A stretch of 47,490 bases of DNA. Source: Acidobacteriota bacterium. GTDB taxonomy: Bacteria; Acidobacteriota; UBA6911; JACQSX01. The notes below the pieces were generated by a model, which ran no database searches, was not told the DNA's origin, and saw only the letters and a program-made list of their open reading frames with translations. Of the stretch, positions 9,721 to 18,006 are shown piece after piece. The position numbers and the translations under genes were made by a program. The DNA lies in NCBI GenBank assembly GCA_036507075.1, contig DASXQR010000100.1:1-47490 (forward strand), given 5' to 3'. How positions within the stretch are numbered: the stretch's first letter is position 1; each line of letters starts with the position of its first letter.

Positions 9721-9920
9721 AAAAAGCCGAGGACGGCCACGTGCACGTCAACGTCCACGATTACGTTTACGACTTCGCTCGGCTCGTCGCAAACTGCGCA
9801 GAACTGAGGAGCTGTCAGTGTGTTGTCGTGTTCGTGGACGTGAGACATGGTCGTTGACGTGCACGTGCTCGTGAACGTGGACGGCTTTTTGGTTGCGCCC
9901 AACGGCCGGGCTGTGGCTCT
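9721..9920. repeat. Palindromic dispersed element, family A, copy 2 (inverted relative to copy 1)
   Basis: AAAAAGCCG...CACGTGCACGTCAACG...CGTTGACGTGCACGTG...CGGCTTTTT. The internal spacer is homologous to that of 2692-2880. Confidence 0.85.
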
Positions 9921-9980
9921 GGGGTGAAGTCTTTTTCCCGATGGCGGCCAGACCAGATCGCTACTTCCAGCCCGCTTTCC

Positions 9981-10009
9981 TTGACACTCAAAAAAACCGG
10001 TGATAGCGT
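9981..10009 (+). promoter_or_regulatory. Sigma70-type promoter for the gcv operon
   Basis: TTGACA (9981-9986), a 17-nt spacer and TAGCGT (10004-10009), with an extended -10 TG at 10001-10002. It lies 27 nt upstream of gcvT. Confidence 0.6.
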
Positions 10010-10036
10010 GCCCTGTTTCATCCACTGGTTTGACGA

Positions 10037-11125
10037 ATGAAACAGACCCCTCTGAACAGGATCCACCGGCAGATGGGCGCGCGCATGGTGGATTTTGCAG
10101 GGTGGGACATGCCGGTGCAGTACGAGGGAACCGTCAAGGAACACCTTGCGGTACGCCAGGCTGCGGGTCTGTTTGACGTCAGCCACATGGGTGAAATCGA
10201 GATCAAGGGACCCGATGCCCTGCCGCTGGTTCAAAAGGTAACTTCCAACGACGCCGCTTCCCTTCAAATCGGTCAGGCTCAATACTCGGCCTTAATGAAT
10301 CCGAACGGTGCTTTCGTCGATGACACTCTGGTCTACCGGCGCGGACCGGAGCATTTCTTTCTTTGTGTAAATGCAAGCAACCGGGAAAAGGATTGCGAGT
10401 GGATCTCCGAGAACGCGGAAGGAAATGTCCGGGTGGAGAACAACAGCGATCTGTATGTGCAACTGGCCGTCCAAGGACCAAAAGCGATTGCGATCCTGCA
10501 GCCTTTTACCGCGGTCAGGCTTGATAAGATCCATTACTACTGGTTCGCTGAAGGTGACTTTCTGGAAGCCCCGGCCATTCTTTCGCGAACCGGATACACG
10601 GGCGAAGATGGATTTGAGATTTATTTTGCGCCGGAACACGCCGAGCGGATATGGAATGCCATTATTCAGGCGGGCAAGGGCCACGGGCTTGTGCCGGCAG
10701 GCCTCGCGGCGCGAAATACGCTTCGACTTGAAGCCAGGATGGCGCTGTACGGAAATGACATCGATGACAGCACCACCGTCCTGGAGGCTGACCTTGGCTG
10801 GATCATAAAGTGGAGCAAGGGTGACTTCATCGGTCGCCCCGTCCTGGAAGAGCAGAAAGCGCAGGGTATCAGGAGAAAACTGGTCGGTTTTGAAATGGCA
10901 GATCCCGGCATCGCGCGCGATCATTATCCGGTGCACCTGGACGATGGGCGGACCACGCAAGTCTGCAGCGGCAGCTATGTTCCTTTTCTTCAGAAGAGCA
11001 TCGGACTGGTCTATCTTCCCCGCGAGTATAGCGCCGTGGGAAGCGAGTTTCTGGTTGAGATCCGCGGCAGGAAATTGAGAGCGCGCGTTGTGCCGACTCC
11101 ATTCTATAAACGGACGAAACAATGA
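10037..11125 (+). CDS. gcvT: Glycine cleavage system aminomethyltransferase T
   Basis: MVDFAGWDMPVQY, EHLAVR, GLFDVSHMGEI, SRTGYTGEDGFEI, ARNTLRLEA, C-terminal PFYK. Confidence 0.97.
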   Translation: MKQTPLNRIHRQMGARMVDFAGWDMPVQYEGTVKEHLAVRQAAGLFDVSHMGEIEIKGPDALPLVQKVTSNDAASLQIGQAQYSALMNPNGAFVDDTLVYRRGPEHFFLCVNASNREKDCEWISENAEGNVRVENNSDLYVQLAVQGPKAIAILQPFTAVRLDKIHYYWFAEGDFLEAPAILSRTGYTGEDGFEIYFAPEHAERIWNAIIQAGKGHGLVPAGLAARNTLRLEARMALYGNDIDDSTTVLEADLGWIIKWSKGDFIGRPVLEEQKAQGIRRKLVGFEMADPGIARDHYPVHLDDGRTTQVCSGSYVPFLQKSIGLVYLPREYSAVGSEFLVEIRGRKLRARVVPTPFYKRTKQ

Positions 11126-11511
11126 AGACACCTGAAAACCTGCTTTACACCAAAGACCACGAATGGATCCTGATAGAAGGAGACATCGGCACAGTCGGCA
11201 TTACTGATCACGCGCAGCATGAGTTAGGAGACGTGGTGTTCCTGGAGTTGCCAAAAGCCGGCGATTCTTTTGAACTGGGACAGCCTTTCGGCTCGGTGGA
11301 ATCGGTCAAAGCCGTGAGCGAGATTTTTTGTCCCGTCAGCGGAGAGTTAACCGAGGTGAATAAGACTCTTTCGGAGCAGCCCGAGACCGTGAACTCAGAC
11401 CCCTACGGGGATGGCTGGATGATCAGGCTGAAAATCAGGGATTCCAGAGAGCGTGACCAGCTTCTCACGGCAGACGAGTATAGCGCCTGGGTATACCAGG
11501 AAAAGAGTTGA
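11122..11511 (+). CDS. gcvH: Glycine cleavage system H protein
   Basis: YTKDHEWI, VGITDHAQHELGDVVF, lipoyl-lysine motif VESVKAVS, VNSDPYGDGW. It overlaps gcvT by ATGA. Confidence 0.97.
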   Translation: MKTPENLLYTKDHEWILIEGDIGTVGITDHAQHELGDVVFLELPKAGDSFELGQPFGSVESVKAVSEIFCPVSGELTEVNKTLSEQPETVNSDPYGDGWMIRLKIRDSRERDQLLTADEYSAWVYQEKS

Positions 11512-12851
11512 TGTTCCGGTACGTTTCGCTGACAAAAGATGAAAAGCTGAGAATGCTGAAGGCGATGGGCCGCCGCAGCGTGGAAGAGCTGTTCGATTCC
11601 ATTCCCTCGGACGTGCGGCTCAAGGGCGACCTTTCCATTCCCGGCCCGCTTTCCGAAACCGAAGTACTGCGCTACTTCAAACAACTGGCCTCACAAAATC
11701 TCAACTCCGAAGAGCAGTCGTATTTTCTGGGCGCTGGAGCCTACCATCACTTCGTACCGGTCATCATTGATTCCCTTATTTCGCGCGCCGAGTTTTTAAC
11801 CGCCTATACTCCCTATCAGCCCGAAATTTCACAGGGAACACTGCAAAGCATCTTTGAGTTTCAGACCATGATCTGCCAGTTAACCGGAATGGATGTTTCC
11901 AATGCGTCGCTTTACGACGGCAGCACCGCGCTGGCAGAGGCGCTGCTGATGGCAGAGCGCACGCTGAAGCGCCGCAGCTTCGCAATTTCGAACCTGATCC
12001 ATCCCCAATATCGGGCGGTCATGGAAACTTACACCCGCAGCATGGACTTCCGGATCACATCGGTGCCGCATACTCGCGAAGGCCTGACCGATCTGGACGC
12101 CGCACAGCAGGCGCTGAGCGGCGAATCAGCCGCGCTGGCCGTGCAGTATCCAAACTTTTTCGGGAATGTCGAAGATCTGCAGCGTGCCGCCGATGTGGCG
12201 CACCGCCACAAGGCAATGCTGATTGTGGTAGTGACCGAGCCCATCGCTTTGGGTCTGCTCCGCCCGCCGGGTGACTTCAGTGCCGACATTTGTCTGGGTG
12301 AGGGGCAGGGGCTGGGAATTCCACTCAGCTACGGGGGGCCGTACCTCGGGTTTTTTGCAGCTCGCGACGAGTTTAAAAGGCAAATGCCCGGAAGAATCGT
12401 GGGGGAAACGGTCGACTCGGCAGGGGAACGGGGATTTGTGCTCACACTGGCCACGCGCGAGCAGCACATTCGGCGCGAGAAAGCCACGTCCAACATCTGC
12501 ACCAACGAAGGTCTGATCGCCCTGATGGCCAACATCTTTATGTCCACGCTCGGAAAGACCGGCATGCGCGAACTGGCCATGCAGAATTTCAGCAAGGCCC
12601 GCTACACGGCCCGGCGGCTGCAGGAGAGCGGCGTGCCGCTGGCATTCGGCAACAGATTCTTCAATGAATTCGTGGTGCGAACACCGCGGCCCGTCGTCGA
12701 GATCAATGAGCGGCTGGCGCGGGAAGGCATCATTGGCGGGTACGATCTCTCATCTGATTATGCGGGAATGGAAAATCACATGCTGGTTTGTGTCACCGAG
12801 CAGAACACCCGCCGGCAGATTGACCGGTTTGTGGAATTAATGGCCCATTAG
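11511..12851 (+). CDS. gcvPA: Glycine dehydrogenase (decarboxylating) subunit 1
   Basis: FLGAGAYHH, EFLTAYTPYQPEISQGTLQ, NASLYDG, TREQHIRREKATSNICTN. Confidence 0.96.
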   Translation: MFRYVSLTKDEKLRMLKAMGRRSVEELFDSIPSDVRLKGDLSIPGPLSETEVLRYFKQLASQNLNSEEQSYFLGAGAYHHFVPVIIDSLISRAEFLTAYTPYQPEISQGTLQSIFEFQTMICQLTGMDVSNASLYDGSTALAEALLMAERTLKRRSFAISNLIHPQYRAVMETYTRSMDFRITSVPHTREGLTDLDAAQQALSGESAALAVQYPNFFGNVEDLQRAADVAHRHKAMLIVVVTEPIALGLLRPPGDFSADICLGEGQGLGIPLSYGGPYLGFFAARDEFKRQMPGRIVGETVDSAGERGFVLTLATREQHIRREKATSNICTNEGLIALMANIFMSTLGKTGMRELAMQNFSKARYTARRLQESGVPLAFGNRFFNEFVVRTPRPVVEINERLAREGIIGGYDLSSDYAGMENHMLVCVTEQNTRRQIDRFVELMAH

Positions 12852-12889
12852 TTGCCATGATACTCCGGCTGCTGATTCGGAACATCGCT

Positions 12890-12982
12890 TTCACCGCAGA
12901 GTCGCCGAGGACGCCAAGCCTCGCAGAGGTTAGCAATGGAAACTCTGCGGAAACTTGGCGTTCTTTGCGGCTCTGCGGTGAA
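12890..12982. repeat. ~90-bp palindromic element, family C, copy 1
   Basis: Termini are TTCACCGCAGAG...CTCTGCGGTGAA with internal nonamer-like units. Other copies are at 16197-16283 and 29249-29339. Confidence 0.88.
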
Positions 12983-13083
12983 TGCAACGTGTTCGCCTCA
13001 GATCGGCTGAGATTTGGGCTCGCTACTTTGGTTTCCGGCTATGGCTGCCCTTTGGCAACACTTCATGGTTGGCGGCAAAACAG

Positions 13084-14583
13084 ATGCGCGTACACTCAAT
13101 TCCAAATATAGACGAAAGCCTGATATTTGAGCGTTCCACACCGGGCAAGACCGCTTATTCGCTGCCGATGCTCGACGTGCCGGAAGCCGATGCGGCTTCG
13201 TACCTGGGCGCTGAAAATCTGCGACAATCAATTGAAGACTTCCCAGAGCTGTGCGAGCTGGATGTGATCCGCCACTTTACCCGCATCTCCACCTGGAATT
13301 ACCACATCGACATCGGAATGTATCCGCTCGGTTCCTGCACCATGAAGTACAACCCGCGGTTGAACGAGAAAGTATGGCGCATCGCCGGAATTTCCGGCTG
13401 CCACCCCCTGCAACAGAGTTCCCTGGCGCAGGGAAATTTGCGCGTGCAGTATGAATTGCAGAACCTGTTGCGTGAGATCACCGGCATGGTTGCCGTTTCG
13501 CTGCAGCCCGCTGCCGGAGCCCATGGCGAGTTGACGGGAATACTTATGATCCGCGCATACCATGATTCCCGGAATTCAAGGCGCAAGTACGTGCTGATCC
13601 CTGACAGCGCGCATGGAACCAATCCGGCCAGTGCGGCCATCGCGGGCTACCAGGTCAAGTCGGTTCCGTCTAACCCTGACGGTCGGGTAAATTTCGACTG
13701 GCTGAAGTCGGTTGTCAACGACGAAACAGCCTGCCTGATGATCACAAATCCCAACACGCTGGGCATTTTCGAACGGCGCATCAGGGAAATCGCCGACCTG
13801 CTCCACCAGAAGGATGCCCTGTTGTACATGGACGGCGCGAATTTCAACGCCTTGATGGGCTATACCCGCCCCGGTGAGATGGGAGTCGATGTGATTCATC
13901 TTAATCTTCACAAGACATTCAGCACTCCCCATGGAGGCGGCGGGCCGGGGGCCGGTCCGGTGGCCGTAAGCAGGCGCCTGGAGCCTTTTCTTCCCGTGCC
14001 ACTGGCGGCCCGAAAGGCCGACGGTACGTATTATTTCGATTTTGACCGTCCCCAGAGCATCGGCCGGGTGCGCGCATTCTTTGGGAACTTCGGCATGCAT
14101 GCGCGCGCGCTGTGCTACATCCTGACTTGCGGCGCCGCCGGGTTGAAGGAAATCTCTGAAACAGCGGTGCTGAACGCCAACTACCTCCGTCACCAGTTGA
14201 AGGATCTATTTGACCTTCCTTACCCGGAAGATTCACTGCATGAAGTGATCTTCTCCGATAAACTGCAGAGCCGGAAAGGCGTAAAGACTTTCGATATTGC
14301 CAAGCGCCTGATGGACTACGGTTTTCATCCACCCACAATTTATTTTCCGCTGATCGTCCCGGGAGCGATCATGATCGAGCCGACGGAAAGTGAAAGTAAG
14401 CAGGAACTGGATGCGTTTGTCGAGGCGCTTCGTTCCATCTGCCGGGAAATCGATGAGAATCCGGAAAAGGTGCTGCAGGCACCCCATAAGACCAAGCTGC
14501 GCCGCCTGGACGAAGCTCGAGCCGCGCGCCAGCCGGTTCTGCGCTGGCGCCGCCCGAACCGCCAAGAACGCGAAGAGCGCTAA
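13084..14583 (+). CDS. gcvPB: Glycine dehydrogenase (decarboxylating) subunit 2
   Basis: LIFERS, YPLGSCTMKYNP, LQPAAGAHGE, PDSAHGTNPASA, PLP-lysine motif HLNLHKTFSTPHGGGGPG. The start is placed at ATG 13084. Confidence 0.96.
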   Translation: MRVHSIPNIDESLIFERSTPGKTAYSLPMLDVPEADAASYLGAENLRQSIEDFPELCELDVIRHFTRISTWNYHIDIGMYPLGSCTMKYNPRLNEKVWRIAGISGCHPLQQSSLAQGNLRVQYELQNLLREITGMVAVSLQPAAGAHGELTGILMIRAYHDSRNSRRKYVLIPDSAHGTNPASAAIAGYQVKSVPSNPDGRVNFDWLKSVVNDETACLMITNPNTLGIFERRIREIADLLHQKDALLYMDGANFNALMGYTRPGEMGVDVIHLNLHKTFSTPHGGGGPGAGPVAVSRRLEPFLPVPLAARKADGTYYFDFDRPQSIGRVRAFFGNFGMHARALCYILTCGAAGLKEISETAVLNANYLRHQLKDLFDLPYPEDSLHEVIFSDKLQSRKGVKTFDIAKRLMDYGFHPPTIYFPLIVPGAIMIEPTESESKQELDAFVEALRSICREIDENPEKVLQAPHKTKLRRLDEARAARQPVLRWRRPNRQEREER

Positions 14584-14702
14584 GTCGCGATGGGATCCAG
14601 CGCCTTTTTCATCTCGAGGATTTGAACAGGCGAGTTAAACATCAAATCAGAACGGCCAAATGGGTTTTGCATCCTTCGCGTTCTTGGCGCTCTTGGCGGT
14701 TC
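14556..14702. repeat. Nonamer-based inverted repeat (GAACCGCCAAGAACGCGAAG...CTTGGCGCTCTTGGCGGTTC) between convergent genes
   Basis: A 12-bp perfect outer inverted repeat. Half-copies occur at ~30267-30296, ~37783-37815 and ~47373-47408. Confidence 0.8.
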
Positions 14703-14713
14703 AGCTTTTTCGT

Positions 14714-15676
14714 CTAAAAGTAGCCCTTACGGTAAACCAGGCGCGCCTGGGGTATCGTTGTTCTTACTTCGATGCGCTTGAATTGTTTCAAGTCGCGTTT
14801 GGCGGAGACTGGGGCATAGGTCAATACGTACTGCTGCTTCAATTCGGCTGCTACTTCCCGATAAAAATTTCTATAATCCGGAACTTCATCCGCAAAATAA
14901 ATCCGGCCGCCGCTGACGTCGGCCAGATCGATCATATGGCGTTCTTTTTTGCGAATAATTTCGCTCACAAGATCCTGCCCGTCACCCGTCAAGTCGCGTA
15001 ATACACGTTCGAGAAACTGCACGCGGCCGCTCTTCTGGACTTCAGAGCGCAACAACCGCGTCTTGCTGATGATGTAAACCGCGACAGAATCTTTCAACAC
15101 GGCGCCGCGCGTTGCTTCGTAGTTCAACCTGCTGTCATTTTCCATCCCGTCCGTCAGTAAAATGAGAGCCCGCTTGCCGTCGGCGTTTCTGAACTGTTCT
15201 TCCGCCATGGCATAAATCGCGTCGTAAAGGGCGGTGCGGAAACCAACCTTGATTGAGCCAATGGAGCGATCAACCTTCCTCTTGCTGCTGGTCCAGTCCT
15301 GAAGCAGTTCCACGTCACTTGAAAAAGTGGCCACGCAGATTCGATCGCGTGACGTGAGGAACGAAGCAAACTGATGGGCGGAATACTTTATTTCGTGCAG
15401 TTCGTCCTGCAGGCTGGTGGAACCGTCGATCAGCAGCGCGGCGTAAACTGGTCCCTGGTCCTGAACGAAATTGACGATGGGACGCGCTTGCCCATCCTCG
15501 AAAACGCTCAGGTCTTCTGCCTTGACTGTCGCAATAGCCCGGCCGGCCGCATCCGTCACACTGAGCGGCACCCGCACATAGTCGGCCTGAACGCGCAGCT
15601 TGTATGCAGACTGGTCCTCTGCTTTGATAAAAGCAATCAGCGGGACAAGGAAGAGAATAAAACGGGATCGAATCAC
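14714..15676 (-). CDS. Secreted VWA domain protein (Acidobacterial type)
   Basis: Signal peptide, VRVPLSVTD, MIDAS DGSTS, TALYDAI, LLTDG, C-terminal LKQQYVLTY...RKGYF. Confidence 0.85.
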   Translation of the reverse strand: MIRSRFILFLVPLIAFIKAEDQSAYKLRVQADYVRVPLSVTDAAGRAIATVKAEDLSVFEDGQARPIVNFVQDQGPVYAALLIDGSTSLQDELHEIKYSAHQFASFLTSRDRICVATFSSDVELLQDWTSSKRKVDRSIGSIKVGFRTALYDAIYAMAEEQFRNADGKRALILLTDGMENDSRLNYEATRGAVLKDSVAVYIISKTRLLRSEVQKSGRVQFLERVLRDLTGDGQDLVSEIIRKKERHMIDLADVSGGRIYFADEVPDYRNFYREVAAELKQQYVLTYAPVSAKRDLKQFKRIEVRTTIPQARLVYRKGYF

Positions 15677-15688
15677 CTCCCTATTCTA

Positions 15689-16144
15689 ATGAAAAAATAC
15701 GAAGAGATCGAGCATACGGCCGATCTTGGCCTGCGCATCTATGGCGAAAGTCTTGAAGCTCTCCTGGCGAACGCGGGCCAGGGAATGTTCTCGCTCATTG
15801 GCGAGCTTCGCGAACTCAAACAGACGCGGGAGATAAGGCTCAATGTGCCGTTTTCGGACCCATCCATTCCTTCCAGCCGCGGTTTGGATTCCCTGGAAGC
15901 CGCCGAAGATCTTCTACCCGAATGGCTGAGGCGACTGTTGACGGAATTCAACCTGCGCGCATTCTTCCCCTTTCAATATGCGCTCACATTGAACGTTAAC
16001 GGGTTGACCGCAGAATTGACGGGCGCGCTGTTTGAACCCGGCAGGGACGTCTTTTATACCGAGATAAAAGGCGTCACGTTCCATGGCTTGAAGGTTGCTA
16101 AAATGGAAGATAGATGGCAGGCCGAGGTAATTTTTGATGTATGA
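15689..16144 (+). CDS. Archease (RtcB activator)
   Basis: Archease signatures: N-terminal YEEIEHTADLG, EIKGVTFHGL and C-terminal VIFDV. It lies directly upstream of rtcB. The true start is ATG 15689 within the longer ORF. Confidence 0.93.
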   Translation: MKKYEEIEHTADLGLRIYGESLEALLANAGQGMFSLIGELRELKQTREIRLNVPFSDPSIPSSRGLDSLEAAEDLLPEWLRRLLTEFNLRAFFPFQYALTLNVNGLTAELTGALFEPGRDVFYTEIKGVTFHGLKVAKMEDRWQAEVIFDV

Positions 16145-16155
16145 ACTGCAACCAC

Positions 16156-16340
16156 GCGGGTTGCGGGTTGGCAGGTTGCGGGTTGTGGCTGCTCGCTTCA
16201 CCGCAGAGCCGCAGAGTACGCAGAGTTTCCGCAGAGATAGGAACCTCCGCGGAACTCGGCGTACTCTGCGGCTTTGCGGTGAATGCGATTGAGGTCACCC
16301 CGGCCCAACCCGGAACCCGTAACCCTTAAACTCGCAACCT
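16156..16340. repeat. Family C palindromic element (16197-16283) nested within a GCGGGTT/AACCCG heptamer foldback
   Basis: TTCACCGCAGAG...TTTGCGGTGAA is flanked by GCGGGTT repeats (16156-16188) and their complement (16297-16340). Confidence 0.85.
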
Positions 16341-16344
16341 TTTT

Positions 16345-17781
16345 ATGGAACTGAAGCAGATCGAACGCAACATCTGGGAAATTCCAAAACATGGCCCGAT
16401 GCGGGTGCCGGGGAGAATCTTTGCGAGCACGTCTTTGATGGAACAGCTTCGAGAAGATCCGGCCCTCACGCAAGTAGCCAACGTGGCCGCTCTCCCGGGG
16501 ATCGTGGGATATTCTCTGGCGATGCCCGACATTCACTGGGGCTATGGCTTCCCGATCGGAGGCGTGGCCGCCACGCGGGTTGATGAAGGCGTTATCTCTC
16601 CCGGAGGAGTCGGCTACGACATCAATTGAGGCGTCCGCCTCGTGAGGACCGGTCTGGTCTTCTCAGAAATTCAAGAACGAATTCCCGATCTCGTCCGCAC
16701 GTTATTCCAGCGCATCCCCTGCGGAGTGGGAATCGGAGGGGCTATTCCAAAGCTATCACGCCAGGATGTCCATCGCGTTCTCGGTCAGGGAGCGCGCTGG
16801 GCTGTTGAAAATGGCTTTGGCAGCGAGTCGGACCTGGATACAACGGAAGAAAACGGTGTTCTGAAAAGCGCGGCTCCTGAAGTCGTCAGCGACGTGGCCA
16901 TCGAACGCGGTGCCAGGCAACTCGGCACCCTTGGCTCGGGCAATCACTTCCTGGAGATCGACCGGGTGGAGGAAATTTATCTTCCCGAAGTGGCGGCCCG
17001 CTGCGGACTGACGATGGACGGCGTCGTCTTTATCATCCATTCCGGTTCACGGGGCCTCGGCTACCAGGTCTGCGAAGACCACCTTGGGATCATGGACAAG
17101 GCAATGAAACGCTACCGGATCGACGTCCCCGACCGTCAGCTCGCGTGCGCCCCGGTCCAGTCTGAAGAGGGCCTGACTTATCTCAAGGCGATGGCTGCGG
17201 CTGCCAATTTCGCCTGGTGCAATCGCCAGGTCATGATGGCGCTGGCAGAGCGAAGCTTTCTCGAAACATTGCAGATCTCGCCGCGCCAGCTGCAGTGCCG
17301 GCTGGTTTACGACGTCTGCCACAACATTGCAAAGATGGAAACTCACCAGGTCGACAGGAAAATGGTCGATGTTTGCGTCCATCGTAAAGGGGCAACCCGC
17401 GCTTTCGGGCCTCATCGACCCGAGGTTCCCGAGATTTATCGTGACATAGGACAGCCCGTACTGATTCCGGGAGACATGGGCCGCGGCTCTTACCTTTTAC
17501 TCGGAACCGCAGCGGCGATGTTGAAAACGTTCGGCAGCACCTGTCACGGAGCCGGGCGGGTCATGTCGCGCACCCAATCAAGGAAGGCCAGCCGGGGCAG
17601 AAACCTGGTTGAAGAAATGCGAAACCAGGGAGTGAGCGTTATGTTCCACGGTCGCAACACACTGGCTGAGGAAATGCCACATGCCTATAAGAATGTGGGC
17701 GACGTGGTCGACGTTATGCAGGAGGCGGGAATCAGTCTGAAGGTGGCCAAATTCCGACCTGTTGGGGTAATTAAAGGATAA
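16345..17781 (+). CDS. rtcB: RtcB RNA 3'-phosphate/2',3'-cyclic phosphate-5'-OH ligase, with in-frame TGA (codon 95, 16627-16629) predicted to encode selenocysteine
   Basis: The 94-aa and 379-aa ORFs are in the same frame, and readthrough gives 478 aa. Motifs present: [23 protein letters not shown][TGA][58 protein letters not shown] and terminal VIKG. Confidence 0.92.
16643..16665 (+). promoter_or_regulatory. Candidate bacterial SECIS hairpin within rtcB
   Basis: TGAG-GACC [GGTCT] GGTC-(TT)-CTCA. The loop begins 22 nt after the TGA and matches the GGUCU core of the E. coli fdhF SECIS loop. Confidence 0.75.
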
Positions 17782-17782
17782 G

Positions 17783-18006
17783 GAAAGGCCGGAAGGCGGA
17801 AGGCGGAAAGCGGAAGGCGGAAAGCGGATATCAGCGGTCCGTTGTTAGGTGTCGGTTGGTTTCATTGGAACCGCCACTTTCATGCAGCGGACTACTGACG
17901 ACAGACTTTGACAATGAGCTGTCCCGCTTTCTGCCTTCCGCTTTCTGCTTTCCGCTTACTGCTTTCTGCTTTCCGCTTTCCGCTTTCCGCCTTCCGCCTT
18001 CCGCTT
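17783..18006. repeat. Heptamer foldback (GGAAGGC/GGAAAGC tract and complementary CCGCCTT/CCGCTTT tract) between convergent rtcB and comEC
   Basis: A tract at 17783-17828 and its complement at 17924-18006 enclose a second heptamer family. Confidence 0.85.

Noticed and set aside
9920..10036. Glycine riboswitch before gcvT
   Set aside because: No GGAGA...CCGAAG...CTCTCAGG aptamer motifs, and the predicted promoter leaves only a ~20-nt leader.
15374..15688. 105-aa N-terminal extension of archease
   Set aside because: It overlaps the VWA gene on the opposite strand; archease homology starts at MKKYEEIEHTAD.
16627..16629. Genome-wide UGA reassignment to Trp or Gly
   Set aside because: gcvT, gcvH, archease and selA end at TGA at their expected C-termini, Trp is encoded by TGG, and the aligned residue is Cys.
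16345..17781. rtcB as a pseudogene, or as two separate genes
   Set aside because: There is a single in-frame TGA precisely at the catalytic Cys, no other lesions, a SECIS-like hairpin and selA nearby. A point error is not fully excluded without reads.
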